DNA of 32,000 nucleotides from Candidatus Altimarinota bacterium (GCA_041659405.1 JBAZYK010000010.1:30001-62000), one strand, 5' to 3'; shown: positions 8,358 through 18,379, numbered from the stretch's first letter. Numbers and translations: made by a program. The notes: generated by a model not told the origin, from the letters alone.

Positions 8358-8624
8358 TTGATGAAAATTATTTTTCATAAAGATTTTTTAAAGGCGTATG
8401 CACGTCTTGGCAAAATTGATCGAAAGGCCGTTGATAATACCATTCAAATTTTCCAGCAAAATCAGAATGATTCGAAGCTTAATAATCATGCTTTAAAAGG
8501 AAAACACGGTGGCGTGCGTAGCTTAAGTGTCAAATTTGATCTTCGTATTTTGTTTATAGAACAGCAAAATTATTCCATCGTGATTATGCTTGAAGTGGGC
8601 ACTCATTCGCAGTTGTATGGATGA
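8358..8624 (+). CDS. YafQ/RelE-like mRNA interferase toxin
   Basis: 88 aa; FHKDFLKAYARLGKIDRKAVDNTI...LNNHALKGKHGGVRSLSVKFDLRILFIEQQNYSIVIMLEVGTHSQLYG matches the RelE/YafQ pattern (LxxHxLxGxxxGxRSxxVxxDxRIxFxxxxxxxxxLxxxGTHxxLY). Confidence 0.87.
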   Translation: MMKIIFHKDFLKAYARLGKIDRKAVDNTIQIFQQNQNDSKLNNHALKGKHGGVRSLSVKFDLRILFIEQQNYSIVIMLEVGTHSQLYG

Positions 8625-8779
8625 TTGCGGGTGTGACGGAGGGGAATGTAATTTTTTGAAGTTCGTGCACAATGATAATTTATGTGGTACTATATTTTTC
8701 GATGTGCGGGAAAAAAATGGTTTTTGGCACTCAATAAATGCGGATTTTCCCCTTTGTATATTGTTAATTTTTTAGAAGT

Positions 8780-11245
8780 ATGGCTCATAATTTAGTGATT
8801 GTAGAGTCTCCAACAAAAGCGAAAACAATTTCGAAAATGTTGGGGAAGGATTATACGGTAAGGGCTTCTATGGGCCATGTTCGTGATCTTCCAAAGTCGC
8901 AAATGGGAATTGATGTGAAGAATCATTTTGAACCTACCTATATGGTTCCGATGGAAAAAAAGAAGGTGATTGCCGAATTAAAGGCTGAACTTAAAAAGAG
9001 TGATGCACTTTGGATCGCAACTGATGAAGACCGCGAAGGAGAGGCGATTGGCTGGCACTTGCTGCAGGCGCTTGATGTGGATGAGAAAAAAATGCCCGTA
9101 CAGCGTATTGCTTTTCATGAAATTACCGAAGGTGCTATTAAGGACGCGCTAAAACATCCTCGTCAGCTTGATTATAATCTGGTTGATGCACAGCAGGCGC
9201 GCCGTATTTTGGATCGTCTGGTTGGTTATGAACTTTCTCCGCTTTTGTGGAAAAAAATCCGTTATGGCTTATCTGCAGGCCGTGTTCAGAGTGTGGCGGT
9301 TAGATTGATTGTTGAACGTGAACGTGAAATTCGTGCATTTAAAGTTGAAGAATATTGGACAATTTCGGCTCAATTTAAAAAAGGAAATGATATTTTTGAA
9401 GCGCAGCTCGCGAAATTTAATGCCAAAGATGTTGATTTGAAAAACGGAGAAGATTCGCAAAAAATCTTAAAAGCTTTAGAACAAGCCATTTATAATGTGG
9501 TGAAGGTTGAAGAAAAAGATGTGACCAGAAATCCGGCTCCTCCATTTACGACTTCCACTTTGCAACAGGAAGCTTCCCGCAAATTGGGTTATTCCGTGAA
9601 GAGAACCATGGTTATTGCGCAACAACTTTATGAAGGTGTGGAACATGGCCGTGGAACTACAGGTCTTATCACTTATATGCGTACCGATTCGGTAAATCTT
9701 TCTGAAGTGGCTTTAAAACAGGCTCGCGAAGTGATTACCGAGGATTTTGGTAAGGAATTTGCGCTGGAAACTCCACGTTATTATAAAGGACGTAAAGGGG
9801 CTCAAGAAGCGCATGAAGCCATTCGTCCGGCTGATCTTTCTTTAAAACCGGCTGATGTTGAGCAATATTTGGATAAAGAGCAATTCAAGTTATATGAAAT
9901 GATTTGGAAAAGAACGTTGGCTTGTCAGATGAAGGAGGCCAAATTAAAGGCTTTGGGTGTTGATATAGAGGCGTTTGCAGGTGGAGCGAGTGGTAAGGGG
10001 GCGTCCACTGGTTACGTTTTCCGTGCAACCGGTCAAACTATTAAATTTGCGGGATTTATGCGGGCTTATGTGGAAGGTTCCGATCATCCGGATGAAGAGC
10101 TTGCGAATCAGGAAAAATTGCTGCCAGCTTTGGCGCAGGGTGATAATGTTGATTTGGAAAAACTTGATCCAATTCAGCATTTTACAAAGCCACCGGCACG
10201 TTATACTGAAGCCAGCTTGGTAAAGAAATTGGAATCCGAGGGCATTGGTCGTCCATCAACTTATGCGCCAACCATTTCGACAATTGTGACTCGCGGGTAC
10301 ATCGAAAAAGATGGCAAGCAATTGAAGCCAACCGACTTGGCGGAAGTTGTAACCGACATGTTGGTGAAGCATTTTGCGGATATTGTTGATTATAAATTTA
10401 CAGCTGAAATGGAAGATTCTTTGGATGAAATCGCTGAGGGAAAAAAGAAATGGGAACCGGTTATTAGTGCGTTTTATGAACCATTCCATAAAAATGTAGA
10501 AATGAAAAATGAAACTTTAAAAAAAGAAGACATTGTAAATTTGGAAACAACCGAGGAAAAATGTGATAAGTGCGGCAAGCCGATGATTGTGAAATTGGGA
10601 CGTTTTGGGAAATTTTTATCCTGTTCGAATTATCCGGAATGTAAAAATGCGCGACCTTTGAATGCGCCTTCCGAAGCCGAGAAAACACCGGAACAAATCG
10701 AGCTTGAGAAGAAATTGAGTGGCAAGAAGTGTGAAAAATGTGGGAAACCGATGGAAATTAAACATGGTCGTTTTGGAGACTTTTTGGGATGCAGCGGTTA
10801 TCCTGAATGTAAAAATATTCAGTCGATTGTAAAACCAACCGGAGTTAAATGTCCAAAATGTGGCGATGGTCAGATGATTGAAAGGCATGCGCGTAAAAGT
10901 GGTAAGGTTTTTTATGGCTGTAATAAATATCCTAAATGTTTGAATGCGGTTTGGGATAAGCCAACCGGCGAACTCTGCAAAAAATGTGGCAGTTTGATAG
11001 TGCTTAAAAAAGATGAGGAATTGTGTTCACAATGCGATTTGGGCGGTCCGACCAAGAGTAAGGGCTCGGCGGCTGGTGATAAGGCCAAAGCTAAGGTTTA
11101 TGGGGCTGATAAGGCTGGCGCTCCGGTTTATGGGGCGAAAAAGGCGGTGGCTGGTACTAAAAAGGCGGCAGGAGGTACGAAAAAGGATGCCGCAGGTCCG
11201 AAAAAAGCGGTTGCTGCTAAAAAAACGGCTAAGAAAAAGGAATAA
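8780..11245 (+). CDS. topA: DNA topoisomerase I (type IA) with C-terminal C4 zinc fingers and Lys/Ala-rich tail
   Basis: VESPTKAKTISKMLG, YTVRASMGHVRDLPKS, TDEDREGEAIGWHL, RRILDRLVGYELSPLLWKKI, GLSAGRVQSVAVRLIVERE, TYMRTDS, HEAIRP, GIGRPSTYAPT; three zinc-finger-like CxxC modules. Confidence 0.98.
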   Translation: MAHNLVIVESPTKAKTISKMLGKDYTVRASMGHVRDLPKSQMGIDVKNHFEPTYMVPMEKKKVIAELKAELKKSDALWIATDEDREGEAIGWHLLQALDVDEKKMPVQRIAFHEITEGAIKDALKHPRQLDYNLVDAQQARRILDRLVGYELSPLLWKKIRYGLSAGRVQSVAVRLIVEREREIRAFKVEEYWTISAQFKKGNDIFEAQLAKFNAKDVDLKNGEDSQKILKALEQAIYNVVKVEEKDVTRNPAPPFTTSTLQQEASRKLGYSVKRTMVIAQQLYEGVEHGRGTTGLITYMRTDSVNLSEVALKQAREVITEDFGKEFALETPRYYKGRKGAQEAHEAIRPADLSLKPADVEQYLDKEQFKLYEMIWKRTLACQMKEAKLKALGVDIEAFAGGASGKGASTGYVFRATGQTIKFAGFMRAYVEGSDHPDEELANQEKLLPALAQGDNVDLEKLDPIQHFTKPPARYTEASLVKKLESEGIGRPSTYAPTISTIVTRGYIEKDGKQLKPTDLAEVVTDMLVKHFADIVDYKFTAEMEDSLDEIAEGKKKWEPVISAFYEPFHKNVEMKNETLKKEDIVNLETTEEKCDKCGKPMIVKLGRFGKFLSCSNYPECKNARPLNAPSEAEKTPEQIELEKKLSGKKCEKCGKPMEIKHGRFGDFLGCSGYPECKNIQSIVKPTGVKCPKCGDGQMIERHARKSGKVFYGCNKYPKCLNAVWDKPTGELCKKCGSLIVLKKDEELCSQCDLGGPTKSKGSAAGDKAKAKVYGADKAGAPVYGAKKAVAGTKKAAGGTKKDAAGPKKAVAAKKTAKKKE

Positions 11246-11338
11246 GCCGGGTTTAGTTTTAACAGCATCGATTTCGATGCCTTTAAAAGAGGCGATGGCG
11301 CGTCCGTTTGCTAAAATTTAGTTTACATGGTGTTACTC

Positions 11339-11364
11339 AAAAATCCGGGACGGGACGGATTTTT
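11339..11364 (+). terminator. Terminator-like hairpin downstream of topA
   Basis: AAAAATCCG-ggacggga-CGGATTTTT, 9-bp stem with T-run in the 3' arm. Confidence 0.7.
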
Positions 11365-11376
11365 AGTCCTTTACTG

Positions 11377-11405
11377 TTGAGAAAAACGGCGTTTTTTGCT
11401 ATAAT
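11377..11405 (+). promoter_or_regulatory. sigma70-type promoter TTGAGA-17bp-TATAAT with extended TG
   Basis: TTGAGA 11377-11382; TGCTATAAT, with TATAAT at 11400-11405. Confidence 0.75.
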
Positions 11406-11426
11406 GATGTGATAAAATCTTTTTTT

Positions 11427-12152
11427 ATGAAACTAGACACACATATCGGAGAATCAGGTGTTGTTGATTCGGCCAAAGAAGTTGCCGGAGGTGTAAAAGA
11501 TTTAGTGGTTAATCCGCTTTATACTGCCGGTCATGCTGCTTTAACGGCTCCTATTGAAACGGTTAAAGGAACTTTTTCGGCAGTTTTGGAAGAGGGGGTT
11601 CTTGGGACTGTGGCCCAGACCGTGGAAGGTACAAAAGAGATAATTATGGGGCCGGGTGAATTGATTTTGGGTGTGCGGGATGGCGTTTGGCGGGCTTTAA
11701 TCATGGATGGAATTGTTAATAATATTTTTAAAACGAGTACGTTAAATCCTTTAAATTGGCCAAAAGTGTTGAAAAAACTGGGAGGGAATTTGTTTTTGAA
11801 TATGCCGAAAGAGGTTATAGTTGGGGCATTAAAAGGCACAAAACGTCTTTTATGGAATGCTCCTAAACATTTGGTTTGGGGGATTCCAACGTCGTTATTG
11901 CGTGGTTTAAGTGGAACGGTTGAATCGGTTTTAGGTGGAGCTGCGATTTTAATTGGTGGTGGCTCCGATAAAGGCCTTTCCGGCGTGCTGGTTGAAACCA
12001 GGGATGCCTTAAATCGCATTACAAAAGGTTTGGTTCCAAAAACTACGATCATACCAATTGGGGGAGGGTCGGCTTCTGCTGAGCCAGTGCACATGGAGGC
12101 TCCTGTTGCGGAAGCGCCTCATGCGGCCATGGTTCCTGCGGCAGCTCATTAA
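11427..12152 (+). CDS. Hypothetical protein with repeated small hydrophobic/glycine-rich segments
   Basis: Track ORF begins with GTG at 11409, only 4 nt after the -10 box; ATG 11427 (MKLDTHIGESGVVDS...) is the better start. Confidence 0.75.
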   Translation: MKLDTHIGESGVVDSAKEVAGGVKDLVVNPLYTAGHAALTAPIETVKGTFSAVLEEGVLGTVAQTVEGTKEIIMGPGELILGVRDGVWRALIMDGIVNNIFKTSTLNPLNWPKVLKKLGGNLFLNMPKEVIVGALKGTKRLLWNAPKHLVWGIPTSLLRGLSGTVESVLGGAAILIGGGSDKGLSGVLVETRDALNRITKGLVPKTTIIPIGGGSASAEPVHMEAPVAEAPHAAMVPAAAH

Positions 12153-12187
12153 TTTAAAAATTATAAATTTTATAAAACAAAAACAAT

Positions 12188-15049
12188 ATGATTAAGCAAA
12201 ATTCAGTTAAAAAAACTTCCGGCACGCATGAAGTGCCTATTTCTACCGCGAGTGGAGCGAACTCCAATAATTTTTTAGGTGCTATTTGGGGCCAGGGAAT
12301 CGGCTTTTTGACGATTTTTTCTTTGGCGATTTTGTTCGCTTCTGTGATTGCTGCAACCGCGAACGTGCAGGGAGCTAAGGCGGCGCCAGCGTGTTATCTA
12401 TTGAAAGGAACAGGACAATCTGTACTTGTTTCCGGTGTGGCAAATTCCGGAGTCTTGAATTTTGGTTTGCCGGCTAATTATCAGGCTTATAATTCTTGTG
12501 CGAGTGATGCCGGTGGTGGCAATACCAGTTTGCAAGGTTGGGCTTGGAATACCAATTTGGGATGGGTAAGTTTGTATTGTCCCGCAGGCGCGAATCAAAT
12601 AAATCTTGGAAGACAATGTTCAAATGCGGCTTATACTGATGGATATGGCGTAACTGTTGATGTAAATGGTGTTTTAGGTGGATATGCCTGGAGTGATAAC
12701 GCAGGATGGATTAGTTTTGATAATGGAGCTTTTAGCAAAGTGAGAGTTGATGTAAATCCAAATAGTAAATGTGTGGGTAAAGTTTATGGATATACTCCTC
12801 CAAATGTGGCTTGTAATCCTAATGGTGGAAATGTTGATCAGGGGCATCAATTTACTTTTGCCTGGAGTGACAGTGTTGGCTGGCTCGATTTTTCAGGTTT
12901 AACTTTTCCGGTTGGAAAACCATTGTCAGCTTCTTTGACGGTGACGGCTGCGGTTTTTAATAAAGGCGATAATATTGATTATGCGGCTTTTTCGAATGCT
13001 GTTGATTTGACGAGTATTACCAAAACAAAGGCGCCGGTTGCAAATGGGCAGGCCGGTTATACTTTGGTTGTTAAAGTGACTAATGATCAAGGGCAAACAG
13101 TAGTTGTTCCAGATGGTTCAATGAAGATTTTAAATGTTTGGAATGATACGGTGAAGAAGATTCAAACTTATGATGGTTCTCCACAGAATTTGGGAGAAGA
13201 TCAGTGTTTGGCTGGTTTAGCGGTGACTAAGCCTTGTGTTTATAATTCAATGCAAAAGCAATTTGCCAATCCCTATCCGGGAATTTATCAGGCAAATATT
13301 ACGTCTGTAGCGCCTACTTCCAACATGAATGGTTTGGATACTCAGAATAATGGCATTGTTGATTTTCCGTATGAAAGTTTTGTTTTTGGGCCACCTATAA
13401 CAAAACAGCCACTTCAGTCGAATGATCTTGTTTTAAAGCAAATTCTGGTGACAATTTCTGATCCAAATACTCCAGGAAAATGTATTTATCCGGATGTTAA
13501 CTGTTCTACTGTCCCGGTGAATGCATCTGATTATACTTTTAAGTTTAAGCCATCTACAGAAATGACAAAGTTGGAAAGTCCCGATAAAGATAAGATAGTT
13601 TATTCTAACAATGTTCAGCAATTTGGTGCGACTATTACCGATAATTCCGGTGGTACGGATAAGGGGATTGTTAATTTGTATTCGGGAATTGATGCAACGG
13701 GGCAGGTTGTGCCACCTGAAACGGATTTTAGATTTGATAACGATAATGCTCCACAGATGTCGGATGGTGTTATTGATGGTAAAGATTCAGCTGTTTGGAA
13801 TGATGTTGGTTTGTTTTTAAATCCAGATACTCAGCCTTTCTTTAGTGCAGGAATGCTTAATCCAGTAGGACCTCTTTCCGGTCTTTATATCTACAGTGTG
13901 GTTAGTGAGCAAGGTGCTCAGGTTCAATACTATTCAAATAAATTGACCCGCAGTGTTGATCTTTGGGGCAATGGCAAATATATTATTCCGCCGGTTGCGG
14001 TTTTCCGTGGAAATGTTTATTCAGGTTCGCTTTCTTCCGGAACTGCCTCAAGCCAGGCACTTCGTTCGATTGGTGATCCAAGTACCAAAAAGTTTAAGGA
14101 TTCCGTTGTAAAGAACGTTTATAAGATTATTGGGGGCATTACAACTCCGCCTTTCGGTAATGTGAATTTGAGTTCCGGTTCGACAGGAATTAATGTGAAT
14201 GGTAGTGCTGTTAAACTTATGAATGATAATGTTTATTACGCAAAGGGAAATGTTCATATTAGTGGTAATCCATTTAGCTGGACTGGTGAAAAAACGATTA
14301 TTGTTATAGGTGGCAGTGTGTTTATTGATGGCGATCTTAAGCCACAATCAACGAGTAGCAGATTGGGAATAATTGTTTTGAAGGATCAGGCGGCTTCGGT
14401 TGCTGATCGCGCTAAACAGGGAAATATTTATATCAATAAAAACGTAAAACAAATTTATGCGAATATGGTCGCTGATGGGGCGGTTTTCCCTTATGATGCA
14501 GCGGCGGGCGTTAGCGAAAATGGAGAACCTAACTTTGCGAGTGTGGATGCCAAACGTTTGGCTTTGAATAAACAACAGCTCTTTATGCAGGGAAACATCG
14601 TTTCTATGAATACGATTGGCGGGGCGGTTTTGAATAATGGAAAATATGTTTTGGGGAATGGGAAAATTTTGGCTCAAGGTGATCAAAATGCTCAATTACG
14701 TGCAGAGCTTTATGATTTGAATTATTTAAGGCAATTTACGGGGTATTTGAATGTTGATCAAAATGGTATGGCTAAAAGTGATCATAATCTTGCTCTAGTT
14801 GATGCGACTACTTTGTTAAGTTTGAGTAAGATTATTAATCTTCAGGATGGAACTCCAAAAACGAATTATGCTTTATCTTATGGTTACCTTTATGATCCCG
14901 TTTTAGCTCTTCCTGGAATTTATTTCCATGCACCTACTTTAGCGGCAAAAGATTTGGCGGCGACTTATATTTATTTTGATCCGCCAACATCAACATTGCC
15001 GGGATTTGGTGTAAATGGAGCCTCTTTCTTCCAGAATTTGGCACAGTAA
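12188..15049 (+). CDS. Large secreted/cell-surface protein with tandem Trp-rich repeats
   Basis: N-terminal hydrophobic signal/anchor (IGFLTIFSLAILFASVIAATANVQGAKAAPA); repeats LQGWAWNTNLGWVSL, GGYAWSDNAGWISFD, FTFAWSDSVGWLDFS; long beta-rich remainder. Confidence 0.88.
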   Translation: MIKQNSVKKTSGTHEVPISTASGANSNNFLGAIWGQGIGFLTIFSLAILFASVIAATANVQGAKAAPACYLLKGTGQSVLVSGVANSGVLNFGLPANYQAYNSCASDAGGGNTSLQGWAWNTNLGWVSLYCPAGANQINLGRQCSNAAYTDGYGVTVDVNGVLGGYAWSDNAGWISFDNGAFSKVRVDVNPNSKCVGKVYGYTPPNVACNPNGGNVDQGHQFTFAWSDSVGWLDFSGLTFPVGKPLSASLTVTAAVFNKGDNIDYAAFSNAVDLTSITKTKAPVANGQAGYTLVVKVTNDQGQTVVVPDGSMKILNVWNDTVKKIQTYDGSPQNLGEDQCLAGLAVTKPCVYNSMQKQFANPYPGIYQANITSVAPTSNMNGLDTQNNGIVDFPYESFVFGPPITKQPLQSNDLVLKQILVTISDPNTPGKCIYPDVNCSTVPVNASDYTFKFKPSTEMTKLESPDKDKIVYSNNVQQFGATITDNSGGTDKGIVNLYSGIDATGQVVPPETDFRFDNDNAPQMSDGVIDGKDSAVWNDVGLFLNPDTQPFFSAGMLNPVGPLSGLYIYSVVSEQGAQVQYYSNKLTRSVDLWGNGKYIIPPVAVFRGNVYSGSLSSGTASSQALRSIGDPSTKKFKDSVVKNVYKIIGGITTPPFGNVNLSSGSTGINVNGSAVKLMNDNVYYAKGNVHISGNPFSWTGEKTIIVIGGSVFIDGDLKPQSTSSRLGIIVLKDQAASVADRAKQGNIYINKNVKQIYANMVADGAVFPYDAAAGVSENGEPNFASVDAKRLALNKQQLFMQGNIVSMNTIGGAVLNNGKYVLGNGKILAQGDQNAQLRAELYDLNYLRQFTGYLNVDQNGMAKSDHNLALVDATTLLSLSKIINLQDGTPKTNYALSYGYLYDPVLALPGIYFHAPTLAAKDLAATYIYFDPPTSTLPGFGVNGASFFQNLAQ
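12530..12898 (+). repeat. Three protein-level repeats of xAWsxNxGWhxh within the surface protein
   Basis: GWAWNTNLGWVSL, GYAWSDNAGWISF and TFAWSDSVGWLDF, spaced roughly 50-55 residues apart. Confidence 0.8.
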
Positions 15050-15089
15050 AAAAGTTCATAATGTCTTGGTGGGAAATTCATACTTTATA

Positions 15090-15126
15090 AAAAATACTCT
15101 GCTGACTTGGCTGGCAGGGTATTTTT
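15090..15126. terminator. Bidirectional terminator between convergent genes
   Basis: AAAAATACTCTGC ... GCAGGGTATTTTT, 13-bp stem with one G:U, flanked by A/T tracts; its 3' edge overlaps the minus-strand stop codon. Confidence 0.85.
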
Positions 15127-16762
15127 ATTTTCTGGCTTTTTCGGTTACGCGGTATTCAAGATATTTGCCGAACATTAGGCGGGTTTGGGCGTCCAAGGCG
15201 GGGATCGCACTTAAAATAATGCTTACTACAGGCACTAAAAGCCATTGAATAATCAGGGAGATTTTTCCAAATAAGCTGCGTTTTGTATTTTCCGGAATCA
15301 AAACCAGACTGATGATGGCGCAGACAATAATACCGCCTGAACTGAAAGTGAGGATGCTGCTCATGATTTTTGGCAGGTTGTAGGCGAGCACGGTGTCGCG
15401 GAAACTTGGGTTTACCATGCCGGGAAGAAAGCCCATGAACGTAATTAAAATCGGGCCGGTTGCCCAGAAGAAGCTGTTTTTTAGGAATTCATAAATGCGA
15501 TAAATTTTGTCGTATAAACTTATGCGCGGGTGTTTCCAAAGGTTGATAGCCATAAATGGGAAGTCGCAAACGCCCCAGGCCCAACGCCTTAATTGATTAT
15601 ATTGGCTTTTGAAGGTTTTAATGTAGGTTTCGGAAAGAACCGCGTCCATGTAAATCGGACAGTAAATAGGCACAAGTTTGTGGCGTCCATCATAAATTAA
15701 ATAGGCCGACCAGTATTGGCGTGAGTCTTCGGGAATAACGGAAGGATCCCAATAATCCACATCGACAACTGTTTTAAAACTTAGCGCTCGGCTGGAAAAA
15801 CTTTTGTATTTGTCCTGTTCCATACTTTCGGCCATGCGCCAAAAAGTGCATGAAAGAGCCACCATGCGGATCATCATGGGCACATCCCAAATATTATTAT
15901 GGAACATGTGTGTTGGCTGATAAGCCATTTCCGTGCGATCTAAGGTCGTTAAATATTTGAAGGTGAGTTCGGAAAAATATTTTGGGTTCACGACCGTATC
16001 CGCATCAAAATTGGAAATTATTACGTTTTCGTAAGGAATATTTTTTTCGTCGAGGTGTTTTTTGAGTTGTTTGGCGGCATGTGTGGCATTGGCGCTTTTG
16101 CCTTTTATTTCTCCGGGGAGATTTTTTGGATGAATGGTGGTAATAAATTTATGGAATTTATCGCCAAATTCTTTTTCGAGTTTGTGGCTTATAGCCAGGG
16201 CATTTTCCTTGTCGGCTTCTTCAACGGCAAAAACAAAAATAATTCCGGAAGGATCATATTCACTTAAAGTGTAAGATTTAATTGATTCTCTGACGATTTG
16301 GTAGGATTCTTTGTAGGTTACAAAAATAATCGCGTGGATAATATCTTTGGATTTTTTATATTGTTGTTTTTGTTTGAGAAGGTTGATTTTTGCCTTTAAA
16401 TCCCTGTAAAAATGGATGGTGGCTTTTTTCTTTTTGGGATTTTTTTCCTGGATTCTTTTGATTTCATAATCGATTTTTTCGGGATGATCAAGCAGAATTG
16501 TTAATTTTTCCCAGTCGGTTTTGAGAGCTTCTTTGACCAGATTGAATGAACGATAAAGATTGATGGACAGCTTGATGGAGCGGAAAAGCCAAGTGATTGT
16601 GTAAACGATAATAAAACTTGCGGCTACGGCCGGGAAAAAAGCTGAGAAAATGATCGGGAAAAAAATTCCGGTCCAGGTGAGTGCGCCGGGCACTACTTCA
16701 AGCACTCTCCACAGTGGATGTTTTTTGATTAGGGTCAAATTTTGAGTGGTGGCGGTGGGCAT
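15125..16762 (-). CDS. Membrane-associated family 2 glycosyltransferase
   Basis: Multiple TM segments; HAIIFVTYKESYQIVRESI, NFDADTVVNPKYF (DxD), QYNQLRRWAWG (Q/RxxRW motif), several C-terminal hydrophobic helices. Confidence 0.85.
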   Translation of the reverse strand: MPTATTQNLTLIKKHPLWRVLEVVPGALTWTGIFFPIIFSAFFPAVAASFIIVYTITWLFRSIKLSINLYRSFNLVKEALKTDWEKLTILLDHPEKIDYEIKRIQEKNPKKKKATIHFYRDLKAKINLLKQKQQYKKSKDIIHAIIFVTYKESYQIVRESIKSYTLSEYDPSGIIFVFAVEEADKENALAISHKLEKEFGDKFHKFITTIHPKNLPGEIKGKSANATHAAKQLKKHLDEKNIPYENVIISNFDADTVVNPKYFSELTFKYLTTLDRTEMAYQPTHMFHNNIWDVPMMIRMVALSCTFWRMAESMEQDKYKSFSSRALSFKTVVDVDYWDPSVIPEDSRQYWSAYLIYDGRHKLVPIYCPIYMDAVLSETYIKTFKSQYNQLRRWAWGVCDFPFMAINLWKHPRISLYDKIYRIYEFLKNSFFWATGPILITFMGFLPGMVNPSFRDTVLAYNLPKIMSSILTFSSGGIIVCAIISLVLIPENTKRSLFGKISLIIQWLLVPVVSIILSAIPALDAQTRLMFGKYLEYRVTEKARK

Positions 16763-16826
16763 GGGAGAGAGCGATTTTTGCGGTTACACGGGGTCAAAGT
16801 TGTGCTTACAATTTCAAAGTTTGCGG

Positions 16827-18323
16827 TTATGTTGTTTTGTGCCAGGAAAGATCTACTTCGGGATATTTTTTGAGTTCTTCAACCATGATGTTTTGGATTT
16901 GGGCGAGCTTTTCGGCGGTTTCGGCTTCAAAACGAAGAGTTAAATTTGGGCTTGTGTTAGAGCAGCGGATGGCTCCCCAGGCAAGGGTGTCAAAATTAAT
17001 ACGAACACCGTCGATGGTGATGCAGTCATATAATTTTGTGAAATGGTCGGTGACTTTTTTGACGATTTCGAATTTGAGATTGTCGGGGCAGTGAGCCTTA
17101 AATTCAGGAGTTGTGAAAAGTGTTGGAAGTCCGTTGAATTGTTCCGAAAAAGATTTTTGTGTTTTTGATAAAATTTCCAGCAATTTGCATGCGGCAAAGA
17201 AAGCGTCATCGAAGCCGTAATAATCATAATAGGTTTTTCCAAAAAACATGTGGCCGCTGATTTCTCCGCCGAGTGGAGCGTTTAATTCGTGCATGCGGGC
17301 TTCAATAAAAGAGTGGCCGGTTTTGCTCATGACAGGAGTGCCACCTAATCGAGTGATTTCATCAATCAAAATTTTGGAAACTTTTACATCAAAAACAATT
17401 TGTTTGGCTGAGTTTGATGCGAGATTGTTGTTGGGTGTTGTGTCGGAAGCAGATGCCTTTGCAACCTTCGCGCTGTTCACGTTTTCCAATAAATCACGAA
17501 CGAGGAGAAGTAATAAATAATCTGCGGAATAATGTTTGCCGTTTTCATCGACTATTCCAACGCGATCGCCATCACCATCAAATCCAATTCCCAAATCTGC
17601 TTTGTTGATTCTGACTTGTTCTGCCAAGTCCAGCATGTTTTTTTCTTCTTCGGGATTTGCTTCGTGGTGAGGAAAGTTCCCGTCCAAATCGCAATAAAGT
17701 TCAATTACTTTGCAACCAATGGCTCGCAAAAGTTTGGGAGCGAAGGGCCCTGTGACGCCATTTCCCGCATCTACAACCACTTTTAAAGGTTTAGCGAGTT
17801 TGATGCGTGCTTGAATGTCTTTTAAATAATCATCAAAATTGTCGGATTTGGTGGTGTGCTCGGCCTGTTGCTCATCCTGTCGTTCAAAATCATTCGCTAA
17901 AATCAATTTTACAATTTCCTGCAACTCATCTCCACAAACAGAGTGCGCGTTTTTGCCGACAATTTTTACGCCATTATATTCCTTGGGATTATGGCTTGCG
18001 GTAATGTTTACGCCGCTGTCCATGCCATAACGACAAACCGCATAATAAATTAGCGGAGAGGTGGAAATTCCCACATCAACAACATCAATTCCGGTGGAAA
18101 GCACACCTTCAATAAAGGCTTTTTGCAAATCGGGGCTGTGCAAGCGGTTATCGCGGCCAACCATCATATTGCGCGTGCCGTATTTGCGCTTCATATATGT
18201 TCCTGTGCCCTGGCCGATCAGTTTGACTGTTTCCGGTGTTAAGTCAGCTATTTCGCCAGCTTCGGGAATGGCAATTCCGCGGATGTCGTATGCACGAAAA
18301 ATGAGGGGATTGATAGTTGTCAT
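16827..18323 (-). CDS. Phosphomannomutase/phosphoglucomutase family protein
   Basis: IFRAYDIRGIA, GVNITASHNPKEYNGVKIV (catalytic Ser loop), IGFDGDGDRVGIVD (metal loop), GGEISGHMFF (sugar-binding loop). Confidence 0.95.
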   Translation of the reverse strand: MTTINPLIFRAYDIRGIAIPEAGEIADLTPETVKLIGQGTGTYMKRKYGTRNMMVGRDNRLHSPDLQKAFIEGVLSTGIDVVDVGISTSPLIYYAVCRYGMDSGVNITASHNPKEYNGVKIVGKNAHSVCGDELQEIVKLILANDFERQDEQQAEHTTKSDNFDDYLKDIQARIKLAKPLKVVVDAGNGVTGPFAPKLLRAIGCKVIELYCDLDGNFPHHEANPEEEKNMLDLAEQVRINKADLGIGFDGDGDRVGIVDENGKHYSADYLLLLLVRDLLENVNSAKVAKASASDTTPNNNLASNSAKQIVFDVKVSKILIDEITRLGGTPVMSKTGHSFIEARMHELNAPLGGEISGHMFFGKTYYDYYGFDDAFFAACKLLEILSKTQKSFSEQFNGLPTLFTTPEFKAHCPDNLKFEIVKKVTDHFTKLYDCITIDGVRINFDTLAWGAIRCSNTSPNLTLRFEAETAEKLAQIQNIMVEELKKYPEVDLSWHKTT

Positions 18324-18347
18324 TATTCAAAAAATGAGAGTTTAAAA

Positions 18348-18379
18348 CGGGTATCACCGGTGTGACCCCGGTAAGCCCG
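18348..18379 (-). terminator. Structured two-stem hairpin between nadM-like gene and phosphohexomutase gene; possible weak terminator or 5'UTR element
   Basis: Minus strand CGGG-ctt-ACCGG-ggtcaca-CCGGT-gata-CCCG followed by TTTT. Confidence 0.4.

Noticed and set aside
9269-10888. Antisense ORFs inside topA (9269..9460, 9944..10180, 10256..10489, 10616..10888 and others)
   Set aside because: Fully contained in the strongly supported topA frame; compositions are typical of antisense shadows.
11383-11398. AAAAACGGCGTTTTTT hairpin as a second terminator after topA
   Set aside because: It lies in the -35/-10 spacer of the 11377-11405 promoter; the symmetry is short and A/T-dominated, and the 11339-11364 hairpin is the better terminator.
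11531-14695. Antisense ORFs inside the 241-aa and 953-aa genes (11531..12094, 12398..12616, 14048..14347, 14348..14695)
   Set aside because: They overlap the forward genes, which have a clear promoter and, for the larger, a signal-like N-terminus and repeats.
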